A stretch of 64,000 nt of DNA from Prosthecobacter debontii (GTDB lineage Bacteria; Verrucomicrobiota; Verrucomicrobiia; Verrucomicrobiales; Verrucomicrobiaceae). Below, piece by piece: positions 29,501-36,967 of the stretch. Location of the stretch: contig CAMAQH010000002.1 of NCBI GenBank assembly GCA_945860295.1, positions 164,394 to 228,393 on the forward strand, given 5' to 3'. Each line of letters begins with the position of its first letter. Position 1 is the stretch's first letter. The position numbers and the translations under genes are program-made. A model generated the notes under the pieces. It was not told the DNA's origin and ran no database searches. It saw only the letters and a list, made by a program, of their open reading frames with translations.

Positions 29501-32285
29501 CGCCCTCAAGCACCAGGGGAGCCACGGAACCGGTGACCACACGATCATCAAGGATCAACCCACTCGTATTGAGAACGGCAGCGACACCGATACGCACGTT
29601 ACCTCTACCTACATTTGCGGCTGGGAGTTCGGTAAAGCTCGCCGCCGGAGATAGGTTATAAGCGGTTAAGGAGATATCTCCACCCCGTGCGATAATGTCG
29701 CCATCCACATCAATTCCAGCTCCCGCCAGTATGATCGAGCCTTTGGGTGCCGTGACCAAACTCGTCGTCTCTGGAACAATAATACGACCATCGACATTTT
29801 GCACATTGAGATGGCCAAATCCAAATTCAGACACCAGCGCAGGTGAGAGATTGATCTCTGTCTGACGATCCGAACGGAGCGACAGCGGGACTCCGTTGGC
29901 ATCCAGGGCAAAGGCATCTGCTACCGATTGCGTTACACCTGAGCGCAGGTAAACGGTAGGCGTCGGGTAGGATAAAGCATAAGGCTCCGTGCTAGCTTGG
30001 GCTTGAAGTCTCAAAGCTAACGTTGCCTGATCGGGTTGCACGGCGCGCTGACGTGAACCCACAACCGTTGTTCCCCTCAATGTTCCATCTAAAGCAAGTC
30101 CGAAGGAGCTGATATTCAATTTGCCTGCATTTGCCCCCTGAAAATAGCCTAAATCCAAATAGCTATCTTGGGAAAATGGCGCGGTCGTCGTGGTAGATGT
30201 CCCCCAAGCAGGTTGAGTGATCGTTGTCGTGCCGGTGTATAAACCCGAGTAAACACGATCAGGAGTGGCATCAGCGATACTAATGATCTGCCCACTCGAA
30301 ACAACTTGCGAAGTCGTCACCTGACCTTGCTGAACATTCACCCAACCGCCTGACACATCCAACACTGCGTCCTTTTGCACAACCACTGAGCTTCCAGCTG
30401 CCAGTTCAATGCTGCCTGCTGCCGTTGTGAGTTCACCCACTGTTTTTTGAATGATGCCCACATAACCTGATAGATCAGCCAAAGGCGTGCCATACCAAAT
30501 CCTCCCGTTGAAAGTTCCTGTCTCACGCAGATCGACCGTGATTGTTTCACCGCGCAGTGCTCCGTTTCTCTGAAGCGGGGAGTCAGCCAATTCATTACTC
30601 CGCAACTGAACCGTGAGCAAATACTGGGAAACAGGAACCTCAATATCGCTTGAACCAGCAACGTTCAACACAGCACCAGCATCGATGTAAATTTGCCCCC
30701 CTGAGTTCACAAAATTGGCTGAAGGAGGAACCACACTGGAGACATAATCCCAGATACCTGCATTGACCGAAACTTTGGCGTTAGGTGCCCACAAGGCGGA
30801 ATCCTCGGCGAAGTGAACTGATAAGCCACGTAGGTTGATCTGTGATACGAGTGCCAACTGCGTCCCAACCACAGTCTCCTTTGAGGCCCATTCGGGCAGA
30901 ATCTGCGTCACAGAACCCGCTCCAAGACTTACCTGACCGCTAGTCCTATTTAAATAAGGCGGTGATGCTGCATAAAGAATCGGATTATAGCTCGCATTGC
31001 TTACAGCATTGTAAGAAGCGTCTAAATCGATACGGCCATTGAAGGCCACTGAAGTCGTGCTGGTGATCACTCCATTTTGATTGATGCCCTTACCAGTCAT
31101 TGTAACGTTACCGCGTGGGGTGTCGATCAAGCCGTCATTGGTCACTGTGCCAGCATAGGTTCCAACATCGCCCACATAAACGTCCAGGCCACGCAGACTC
31201 GGATCAGACGAATTATGAGCAGCAAAGCCAACCTGAAGACCTGCAGCGAGAATGGTCTGACCGTCCGGGGTGGCAATGCTACCATGATTGGTCACATTGG
31301 CCCCGATAAGAGCCACACGTCCCCCCACTTTCTCTACCGAGGTCGGGCTGGTGATGATTGCCCCTGCTTGCACGGTCACGTCACCGACTTTACCATCGGC
31401 GAGAAACGAGGCCGGTGGCGTATGCGCAGGCGTTCCTTTCGCTCCGGCACTCTGATTGACCGCTGAAAACAGGAACTGCACATCCTGCTGGTTCAGCAAC
31501 CCGCGGCTCACCAAGTTGTCATTGATCGGCAAGGCGGAGGCTACCAGCGTATGGGTATTCACCTGGCTGGAGCCACCAAAAATAATGCCATTTTGATTCA
31601 GCACATACACTTGTCCCTGAGCCTGAATATTGCCCAAGATTTGGGTCGGATTACCAGTAGGATCCGTTATTTTATTGAAAACGATCCATTCACCCACGCT
31701 TGCGCCGCCAGCACTTTGATCAAAATTCAGCGTGGTGGTTTTACCGATATTGAAGGTATTCCAATTGATAAAAGCCTGTTGTTGTTCCTGAACAATGTTG
31801 ACCAAAGTTCGCCCATTTGCCTCAAGAGCTTGGACCGGTGCGGTAGCGCCGATAGGAGCGCCATTGATGTCAAGACCACCGACCCCTAACCCATTCGGCA
31901 CATTTGGCAGTGTCTGCCCAGGAAGATTCGGATTTTGCCCCAAATGGTTGGCTCCACTGATCGCTGCCGCGCGGGCTGCCGTCTGCATATTTTGCACGGC
32001 TTGGATCGCCTGCGTGTTTCTGGACAGCATGTCCTGAGCATTAACGCGTGATGTAGCTGCAGCTTCTGCCCCTGTTCCTGCGCCCGCGCCTGCATCCGCT
32101 TGCGTACCCACGGGTCCTCCTCCCAATACCCCCCTAATACCCGGACGCAAAATGTCCGCCGCATAGGCCACGGGCACGGGACCGGGCAGCAGAGTGAAAG
32201 CGCAGGCAAGAGCTACGATACGGTGGAACCAGGACGGCTCTCCGCTTCTGCAATGCCGACGACGGCGCGGTGTGACGGATGGCAT
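20502..32285 (-). CDS. Giant filamentous-haemagglutinin-family TpsA exoprotein (3927 aa) with TPS domain, beta-helix repeats, PDZ-like insert and C-terminal DUF3739-like region
   Basis: Signal peptide; TPS motifs INWNTFNIG and GQVYVLNQNGIIFG; G/N/T-rich repeats; C-terminal GGIGAL..IDLIAP.GAVDAGDAGIR and SVEILGYGG. A TpsB gene is in the same operon. Confidence 0.9.
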   Translation of the reverse strand: MPSVTPRRRRHCRSGEPSWFHRIVALACAFTLLPGPVPVAYAADILRPGIRGVLGGGPVGTQADAGAGAGTGAEAAATSRVNAQDMLSRNTQAIQAVQNMQTAARAAAISGANHLGQNPNLPGQTLPNVPNGLGVGGLDINGAPIGATAPVQALEANGRTLVNIVQEQQQAFINWNTFNIGKTTTLNFDQSAGGASVGEWIVFNKITDPTGNPTQILGNIQAQGQVYVLNQNGIIFGGSSQVNTHTLVASALPINDNLVSRGLLNQQDVQFLFSAVNQSAGAKGTPAHTPPASFLADGKVGDVTVQAGAIITSPTSVEKVGGRVALIGANVTNHGSIATPDGQTILAAGLQVGFAAHNSSDPSLRGLDVYVGDVGTYAGTVTNDGLIDTPRGNVTMTGKGINQNGVITSTTSVAFNGRIDLDASYNAVSNASYNPILYAASPPYLNRTSGQVSLGAGSVTQILPEWASKETVVGTQLALVSQINLRGLSVHFAEDSALWAPNAKVSVNAGIWDYVSSVVPPSANFVNSGGQIYIDAGAVLNVAGSSDIEVPVSQYLLTVQLRSNELADSPLQRNGALRGETITVDLRETGTFNGRIWYGTPLADLSGYVGIIQKTVGELTTAAGSIELAAGSSVVVQKDAVLDVSGGWVNVQQGQVTTSQVVSSGQIISIADATPDRVYSGLYTGTTTITQPAWGTSTTTTAPFSQDSYLDLGYFQGANAGKLNISSFGLALDGTLRGTTVVGSRQRAVQPDQATLALRLQAQASTEPYALSYPTPTVYLRSGVTQSVADAFALDANGVPLSLRSDRQTEINLSPALVSEFGFGHLNVQNVDGRIIVPETTSLVTAPKGSIILAGAGIDVDGDIIARGGDISLTAYNLSPAASFTELPAANVGRGNVRIGVAAVLNTSGLILDDRVVTGSVAPLVLEGGNISINAMGVTLAAGGILDVSGGARLKNSPVVTYGDAGTMSLKSGQDVNVLGVLGGGLTLGAELRGFSGAQGGALTIQAPAIQVGGTATNAETLLLTPDFFNQGGFSSFTMAGLGRPTLVLGEFSPAILISAGTQITPIVKGWELNPTPQDQSSLLKVFTRQEGLRNTVSLNFKATGVLDQFASKLVVRGEIIMEKDAVIKTDALGAVNFEGETVAVAGTVISPGGAISISGANRFASFDDVPMNAFVTVNLAPTSLLSTAGKTLLLPNAFGLRKGSVLAGGTINVSGNIVAEIGAVLDASGTSGTLDLTPGEAGFLNGAFSIPVTSGSTTPIYNGAVSTPVKLDSQGGTITLKGGQMLFVDALLSAERGGSNAAGGTLEVSSGRFYLPGIGSSPNDIDLWVTQNTLSIPAPIYSAGGNAIGRVVRDSGGAAVISQGYFKANSFTNGGFDSLTLRGNVQFSGPVTLSAAASLHVATGGIFTSDAAVSLNATYVSLGQAFRVPMQSQQDEIYAFTQGSPFFVSPAHGAGSLNVNAGTIDIGFLSLQNTGSAEFVANNGDIRGSGSLNIAGDIIMRAGQIYTPTASTFTIAAYDYTNGSGQQRGSITFESSGVRGLPLSAGGTLNVYAHTINQGGTLVAPAGIINLGWDGRGASPLDLLSGAGIQGGVSLPTTANLNMLTGSRTSVSQIDPITGLGIVIPYGFSSDGLNWIDPQGVDISGGGLAVKAVNTSALSINSEANSVVDLRGGGDLYAFRWLKGTGGTLDILESEGSFAILPNYTADYAPFGRFNETNSTLNLASSQSGYRNSTLHAGDRIYLNGGSGLQSGNYTLLPARYALLSGAFLVTPKTGEPLGSVVIPGGASLVSGYRFNSLNPNAQNPGLYSSFEVAPGSVVDKRVNYEDYSANTFLKQRAAALNLAAPLVPVDAGRLLLQAVNQMTLLGQVRGSGYSIEVTKDGVTKIEQIGRGAAIDISSPSDILIASTGTTAASGVLVLDAGQLSAFGSSSLLIGGQRNTTTAGTLLTTSATNITLANSAVSPLAMPELILAATGNITLNAGATITQTGTLASAADTLSVSGNGALLRVSADASAQMLRSGVTTAAGPALTIGAGVNLTGTSLTLDSTSVMNIDPAAVLAGQTLNINSSRISLQLTNPGALEANPGLVLTGTALQSIQNTKSLALLSYSSIDFYGTGQIGSALTTTALSLRAGELRGFNNGGGTVTLAAQNLLLDNFASGTVPGAVTGMNGTLALQADTLRLGANTLRIDQFANVNVTASKGILGQGAGSLIVQGAFNATTPVIAGDAFSAQAISAGGSMTLAAASGTPIIGGLGATLSLSASSMSVGSDIVLPSGKLTLATTSGNLDVSGKLNVGGTAQTFFDQIKYTDGGRIDLISSGGSVNLLAGSFVNIAANAAAGNAGTLAVTTTTGTLNLGGTLSGTGGTGGQAGSFVLTAGNLPILGALSATLNNAGLNGSRSIRVLNGDVLVDGTTTANVFDLSADRGGITVTGLINASGVTGGSVTLQAAESVTLTSTASITAAAQKFDRAGKGGSISLMAGSQRDGILSTSALLDLQTGSQIDLSVATNIAGSTLNAVANTAINVPANLNGYDTITATQAGIVTLTNGSTINLAANTPTSLIGAISVTLSGDGDIAFAGSAAWGLNTGTLNLRAPQNAAADELQMNAINAQITGASLITAEGYKIFTPTSGTLNAAALTSITSNATTFTGNTNTITDRLLASNNGLRSQFFLVPGAEVINRAGDLTLGTNTSTIAAGDWNLATARFGPKSVPGILTMRAAGNMVFFNSLNDGFTTGAYNSALLAFNASLPSNLQSWSYRLAAGSDFNAVDFHQVQSQTALATDKGSLQIGRNAGAAIATIPGATATTALVVNPTATTGRFQVIRTGSGNIDIASGRDVQFLNVFASIYTAGTAVENAMLGGTFDVPRPDMSTLTSAAGSLGANQQSPRYPAQYSMAGGNVTINAQGDVTQLTRNIANQLVAESRRQLPTNWLYRRGAVDPVSGFFARSRYHTTLSTDIASTSWWVDFSNFFQSVGALGGGNVTLIAGRDISNVDAVVPTNARMQGKDSLGTAIAPKANNLIELGGGDLIVRSGRNIDAGVYYVERGTGTLAAGDSIRTNSTRSASLNYISSFTTPSLLAEQTWMPTTLFAGKSSFNINARGDVLLGPVANVSLLPQGYSNSYWYKTYFSTYAADSSVNVTSLAGDVTLRSSITLPSPGTVGTSVPIIQAWYQNHQLLGASTGANGGASSSFYQPWLKLVESSVRPFTASASLLPGALRVTAFAGDLSVIGSLNLSPSSQGALELFVSGAISGLNANGSTTLNGVRQTVWGAGRINLSDANPDAIPGLNTPFAYQNLMPSRTSTSANATRDNFLAGIDSLFLETGSTTGSKAALQAKQALHAAGLLHADDTSPVYIYANSGSINGLTVFSAKSARVIGGLDVSDVSLYLQNNRASDLSLVSAGRDLIAYNANTPQRVNSRSLGNVVGLGEDPLAGDIQISGPGTLQVLAGRNIDLGTGSNNPDGTGVGITSIGNGRNPYLPFEGSDIFVAAGMGNAAVGLSDSAANFNQFITQVISVPGGERYLAEAVGILGLTQDPSKTEAEGIQVSSVNSGGAAQLAGIQPGDTILKIAGKEVNGNYDDSYLSYGMKVGESTKITVLRDDLTIELDITPGNKRLNLQDPLLTLEQQKQLTLSVYNLVLRDAGRDYNNPDSVNFRSYEAGFNAVKALLPTKSAGGIFTQARDIRTRSGGDITLLSTDGGLALSPTVIGQQLAPPGIVTESGGNISIFTDDSVDLGISRIFTLKGGDISIWSSSGDIAAGSSAKTVQSAPPTRVLIDPQSANVTTDLAGLATGGGIGALATVGILKPSNIDLIAPIGAVDAGDAGIRATGNLNIAASVVLNAGNIQASGSTSGAPSAPSVSSPSMGGLAAAASSGAATNTAAAKPQGGEQQKSGESKPLSVISVEILGYGGGSDDDETKKKKVTAQL

Positions 32286-32296
32286 AAGAATGAGAA

Positions 32297-33211
32297 TCAG
32301 GGTTTAACTGCGGCCCCCGAAGTGGGGCGTAAAACCAGCAGCTTTGAGACAGCCAGTTCGTTGATCACCACGGGTGTTTCCTGCAACTTTTTCGATAGAT
32401 AGTCCTGCGTGCCTGTGCGGCCCCGCTCACCGCGCAGCGTTCTCACCAGATCCGCGCGCACTTGGTCCAGCGTTGGGACAAAGGGCTGGCGCGCATCGAG
32501 CACTTTCACGAAATGCCAGCCGTCCTCAAGTCGCAGAGCCTCAGAAACATCATTGAATTTCAGCTCCGGCAGTTTGGCGAAAATCTCAGGCTGAATCTGT
32601 AACTGCGTGAGCCAGCCGATCACACCACCACGCGCAGCGCTCTCACGCTCCTCACTGTGCTCACGGGCGACGGCGGCGAAGTCGCTCTCCGGCGCACGCA
32701 CGAGTTCGCGGACCTTATCAAGCCGTGTGCGTGCGGCTGTGGCAGCCTGCTTGTCCTGGCCTTTGGGATCAGAGATGAAAATCTGCGCCAGATGAAACGA
32801 TTGCGGCATCGCCAAAGTCGCACGGCGGGATTCATAGGCGCTCTTCAGTTCGGCTTCGTTCGGGTAGCTCTCGGGCGGCTGGGCCACTGCCCTCAAATAG
32901 GAATCTGTGATGGCGGTATCACGGGCCTGACGAATGCGGTCGATAACTTCTGGCCGCTCGTCCCATTTCTTTTCCAGCGCCTCACGCAGCACCAGACGCT
33001 GAATCATCAGTGAGCGCACCAGCTTGGTCAAAGCAGCGGGATCACGCATCAAGGCAGCGCGTTCTTCCTCGGTCAGTTGATTGAGCGTCGGCAGCACCAC
33101 ATCTGCCTTCACGTCCTCATCCCCAAGACGTCCGAGCACCACATCCGCAGGCTCTTGAGCCTGCAACATCAGGCAGAGCAACCCAAGGAAAGAGCAGAGA
33201 AACGGCTTCAT
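32297..33211 (-). CDS. PpiC-type (rotamase) peptidyl-prolyl isomerase/periplasmic chaperone
   Basis: FHLAQIFI, FAAVAREHSEE...GGVIGW and GWHFVKV motifs; signal peptide. Confidence 0.88.
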   Translation of the reverse strand: MKPFLCSFLGLLCLMLQAQEPADVVLGRLGDEDVKADVVLPTLNQLTEEERAALMRDPAALTKLVRSLMIQRLVLREALEKKWDERPEVIDRIRQARDTAITDSYLRAVAQPPESYPNEAELKSAYESRRATLAMPQSFHLAQIFISDPKGQDKQAATAARTRLDKVRELVRAPESDFAAVAREHSEERESAARGGVIGWLTQLQIQPEIFAKLPELKFNDVSEALRLEDGWHFVKVLDARQPFVPTLDQVRADLVRTLRGERGRTGTQDYLSKKLQETPVVINELAVSKLLVLRPTSGAAVKP

Positions 33212-33909
33212 CGGCTGGGTTTGGCTGGCGCAGGAGTCGCTGCAGGAGTCTGTGCGGCGGCTGTCTTCTTCGGATCTTCCGGCTGGATCTTCTGATCGGT
33301 GAGCTTGTCTTTGTAGTCCTGCACTAGCCCTTCCAGCTTCACGCGCGTCAGCCTTGTGAAAGGCTCGCGCGCGGCGATCGCGGTGCCGAGACCGAAGCTT
33401 TCATAGCGAGTCAGCACTTCACTGCCGGTCTTGTACAATTCATCGTTCTTGCGGTAGTAGTCTGCCACCCGGCGCTCCAGAACGATCACCTTGTCCGCAA
33501 GCTTCATGCGCTCGGCTTCTTTGCCTTTGGCCACTTCTTCCATCTTCAAGTAGCCGACCTTCCACTTGGCAAGTGATTCATCAAGCTTCGCGATTTCGGC
33601 GGTCTGTTCACTGCCCTTTTCCTTGAGATCAGTGATGGTCTTTTCGGCAGCAGTACGGTCACTGGCGCTCTGCTTGACGAGTGCTCCGAGCTTCTTGGTG
33701 AGATCAGCATTCTTCGACTCCAGGTCGATTTTTTCTGCCTGCAAAGCAGCGCGGTCCGCCTCAGTTTTCTGCTGCAAGATCATCGTCGTGCGCAGGGAAT
33801 CACGCATGCGCTTGAGGACGGCCATGGCGGGATCCTCCGCCTCTTCGGCGTTTGATTTGATGGCGCTGAAGGCCAGTGCGGCCATGAGGAAACAGATGGA
33901 TTTTTTCAT
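33208..33909 (-). CDS. Exported coiled-coil protein
   Basis: Signal peptide followed by a long heptad-rich helix. 4-nt overlap with the PPIase gene. Confidence 0.7.
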   Translation of the reverse strand: MKKSICFLMAALAFSAIKSNAEEAEDPAMAVLKRMRDSLRTTMILQQKTEADRAALQAEKIDLESKNADLTKKLGALVKQSASDRTAAEKTITDLKEKGSEQTAEIAKLDESLAKWKVGYLKMEEVAKGKEAERMKLADKVIVLERRVADYYRKNDELYKTGSEVLTRYESFGLGTAIAAREPFTRLTRVKLEGLVQDYKDKLTDQKIQPEDPKKTAAAQTPAATPAPAKPSR

Positions 33910-33911
33910 GA

Positions 33912-35819
33912 TTAAAATTTGGCGGTGAAGTCGATGAGGAAGACATCCGTTTTCATTTGGGGGCCGGCGATTTGGGTGGCGCTCATTACGGCGAGCCTGA
34001 ACCAGGTGCGCTTAGAGAGGGCCATAGCGGCGTTGATCGTGTAGCCCTCCATATTGGAGCCACCAGCGCCGAAGACGGAGTCGGTGAAGCCATCGACGAC
34101 AGCGTCTGACTCAACATGGCGATAGCCAAGGCCCACGGCCCAATCACCACGTTTTTCAAAAGCAGGGATCGGCTTGCCGAAATTCACACCGGCGTAATAG
34201 GCGGTGTCACCGCCATCAAATGCTCCATCTCCACCAGCGCGGTTGTTGACGGCAAAGGTGCTGATCTGATCGCTGTCAAAAGCGATGTTCTTGACGAACT
34301 CACCCAGCAGGGAAATCTGCATCGGCTCGTAGTGGTTGAAGTCCATTCTACCTGTCCAGTAGAGCTGACGAAACTCACTCGCCAAACCAAAGTACTGCCA
34401 CTGGTTGGTGGTGCCGAATCCATTAAGCGGACTCGAAGTGATGTTACGGATCGGACGGTAGGTATTGCCTTTCTGAGCAAACGATGGGCGACTGTTGTCG
34501 GTGCTGCCAGCATCGGTGGCGTTGAGCGGCACATAGGGATCGGAGAGCTGGCCTTCGATGTTCTTCCAGTCATAGTAGGCGATGCTGGATTTGACCTCGA
34601 TCTTGTCAGTAATTTTGAATTCCGTGCCAAACTGAGCGGCAAGGAGGTACTTATTATAGCTCTCGTACTTGGACGGGTTGTTAGGGGCGTAATTGAAATA
34701 GCTGGTGAACACCGGGAACGCACCTGCGGTGAAGAAGGTTTTAAATCCAGGCTGCCAAGGGCTGGTGATCTTGAAGGCAATGCCGTCGAGTCCGACATCT
34801 TCATCCCACATGATCTGGCTGTTAGTCATAAAGGGATTATCAAAGCGTCCCAGCAAAATAAGCAGATCAGCGTGTGGCGTCAGATGGCCCTCATATTTGA
34901 TGAAAGCGCGGTCCAGCCAGAGCTCGTATTTGGAAAAGTTACCGCCCTGGGCGGAACTGCCACTTGCTGTGCTACCGAGGGTTTGATTGGTGGAGACGGG
35001 CGAATTGTTGCCACCCGTGGCCATGCGGATGCCGGCAGTAAATCCATCTTCCATATCAATGTCAAAGCCGAGGCGCATGCGCAGGCGGTTACGCTCACGA
35101 TCCTGATCCACATTGAGCTGTGGAGGCTGAACAGGATTGCCGATGGAAACATCGTATGGCGATCCTGTGTTTATGCTGTTGAAGTTCGGGAAAGAACCCG
35201 TGTTATCGTTTCCAGCAGGGAACATGAACATGTCATGACGCATGCGGATGTCACCGTAGAGCTTGATACGGGAGGTCCACTCCTGGTGCTGGTTCGGTGC
35301 GGCCCAGCCTTCTGCACGCGCTTGAGCAAGCACGTCGTTACGCAGGTCCTCACGGATCTGGTCCTTCACGGTTTCTGGGATGTAGGTGACGCGGTATTCG
35401 TCTTCATCTGCTGGTGGCGGCGGCGGGGCAGCCTGCTCTAAAGCAACTTTCGTTTCTGCCAGCACCTGCGCCTGGCTTTGGGCGGTCTGAGCGTCCTGCT
35501 CAGCGAGGCGGATCAGATCCACGGCATCTGCCTGTGTCAGGGCTCCGCGCTGCACGAGGCGGTTGATCAGATTGATCGTCACATTTTGTGAAAGCGACGC
35601 CGTCGGCTGAGCACTGGAAACGGCGCTAGGATCAGGCAGCAGACTGCTCGGCGGTGGCGCTGCTTCTGTCGCTGCCGAAGCCGCCGCTGGCGAGCCTGCG
35701 GCAGGAGCGGCGGCGGCGAGCATGGGTAAAGGCAGCGGCTCGAGCAACTCAGGGACTTGCGCGTGAGTAAGACGGCTGAGAGCAGCCGCGCTGATGAGGA
35801 GCAGGAAAAATGAACGCAT
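33912..35819 (-). CDS. Putative porin (Porin_5-like outer-membrane beta-barrel) with N-terminal periplasmic extension
   Basis: Signal peptide; INLINRLVQRG segment; GDIRMRH..RLRMRLG; aromatic-rich strands; terminal Phe (FTAKF). Confidence 0.8.
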   Translation of the reverse strand: MRSFFLLLISAAALSRLTHAQVPELLEPLPLPMLAAAAPAAGSPAAASAATEAAPPPSSLLPDPSAVSSAQPTASLSQNVTINLINRLVQRGALTQADAVDLIRLAEQDAQTAQSQAQVLAETKVALEQAAPPPPPADEDEYRVTYIPETVKDQIREDLRNDVLAQARAEGWAAPNQHQEWTSRIKLYGDIRMRHDMFMFPAGNDNTGSFPNFNSINTGSPYDVSIGNPVQPPQLNVDQDRERNRLRMRLGFDIDMEDGFTAGIRMATGGNNSPVSTNQTLGSTASGSSAQGGNFSKYELWLDRAFIKYEGHLTPHADLLILLGRFDNPFMTNSQIMWDEDVGLDGIAFKITSPWQPGFKTFFTAGAFPVFTSYFNYAPNNPSKYESYNKYLLAAQFGTEFKITDKIEVKSSIAYYDWKNIEGQLSDPYVPLNATDAGSTDNSRPSFAQKGNTYRPIRNITSSPLNGFGTTNQWQYFGLASEFRQLYWTGRMDFNHYEPMQISLLGEFVKNIAFDSDQISTFAVNNRAGGDGAFDGGDTAYYAGVNFGKPIPAFEKRGDWAVGLGYRHVESDAVVDGFTDSVFGAGGSNMEGYTINAAMALSKRTWFRLAVMSATQIAGPQMKTDVFLIDFTAKF

Positions 35820-35846
35820 GGAATGGTAGGAGAAATTCAAAACAGA

Positions 35847-36545
35847 TCAGGGCTTGCGCAGGGTGAGGCGCATTTTAACTGGCATGGGCTTGGGTGGGTC
35901 AGGCGGCAGTTCGTTCAGGTCAAGGCCGACGACGGCCTCACTAATGGCCGCGTCCACTGCGGGATCGCCTATGCTGCCGTTGAGGGATGCTTTGGTGATG
36001 CGCCCTGTGGCGTCTAACCAGATTTGTATGATGACGCTGCCTTCAGCCGTTTTAGTGATGTTGTTCCGGCTCAGCGCTGCTTGGATTCGGCTCGACATCA
36101 CGCCTTGATACCTGCCCCAGGCTGACCCGGTTCCGCCACCACCGCCACCGATGCCGCGGCCACCGCCACCACCACCGCCAATGGATAAACCATCGCCAGG
36201 GCCATTACCGACGAGTGCGGTACCCAGGGGTTCGTCCTTTGGTGCATCAGGTTTGTTATCTGGCTTCTCCGGGGGTTCTTCCTCCGGCTGCTCCATCTTC
36301 TCTTCTTCTTCCGGCGGCGGCTCTTCTTTCTTCGGTGGCGGCGGCGGTGGTGGTGGAGGCGGTGGCATGATAGGCATCACCATGACCATTTCCATTTTCT
36401 TTTTAGGCTTGGTTTCTTTGGATGGTTTTGAGGTCATGGCAAAATAGCCACCCCCAGCCAGCACTAAGGCGCCAACGATGATCATCACGAGATTGCGCCG
36501 GAAAAATCCGGGTTCGTCTTCGTCGTCTAAATCGTTAGCACTCAT
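35847..36545 (-). CDS. TonB-like energy transducer
   Basis: Single TM, poly-Pro/Glu linker, Gly-rich spacer and a TonB C-terminal-like domain (IQIWLDATGRI). Confidence 0.8.
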   Translation of the reverse strand: MSANDLDDEDEPGFFRRNLVMIIVGALVLAGGGYFAMTSKPSKETKPKKKMEMVMVMPIMPPPPPPPPPPPKKEEPPPEEEEKMEQPEEEPPEKPDNKPDAPKDEPLGTALVGNGPGDGLSIGGGGGGGRGIGGGGGGTGSAWGRYQGVMSSRIQAALSRNNITKTAEGSVIIQIWLDATGRITKASLNGSIGDPAVDAAISEAVVGLDLNELPPDPPKPMPVKMRLTLRKP

Positions 36546-36559
36546 GAATCAAAAACTCG

Positions 36560-36961
36560 TTATTTTTTGGACTGCGTCGCCAAGCCAACATGGGTGACAC
36601 CCGCACGACCAACGGCATTCAAAGCATCCATGATGAGCTGGTAGTTGGCATTGCTGTCACCACGGATCACCACGGGCACGTCGGGAGTGGCAGCGACGAT
36701 AGCCTCCATTTTGGTGCCCAACTCTTCAATCGTCACAGCCGTGGCATTCAGCTTGATGTTACCTTGATCGTCGATCGTGACGGCCTGCATTTTCGGGCCT
36801 TCGATGGGTGTCGAGGTCGCAGCGCCGCCGCGCGGTAGCTTGACTTTAACTCCCTGCACACCCGCTGTGGTCATGATGATAAAGATCAACAGGAGCACGA
36901 GGTAGAGATCCACCATCGGCGTGACGTTGATGTCGTCGTAAGATTTGCTGTCAGCTTGCAT
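36560..36961 (-). CDS. exbD: ExbD/TolR biopolymer transport protein
   Basis: INVTPMVDLYLVLLLIFII with the conserved TM Asp; VIRGD..NYQ motif. Confidence 0.92.
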   Translation of the reverse strand: MQADSKSYDDINVTPMVDLYLVLLLIFIIMTTAGVQGVKVKLPRGGAATSTPIEGPKMQAVTIDDQGNIKLNATAVTIEELGTKMEAIVAATPDVPVVIRGDSNANYQLIMDALNAVGRAGVTHVGLATQSKK

Positions 36962-36967
36962 GGAGGT

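Noticed and set aside
34116-35441. 441-aa plus-strand ORF
   Set aside because: Antisense shadow of the putative porin; no recognisable motifs.
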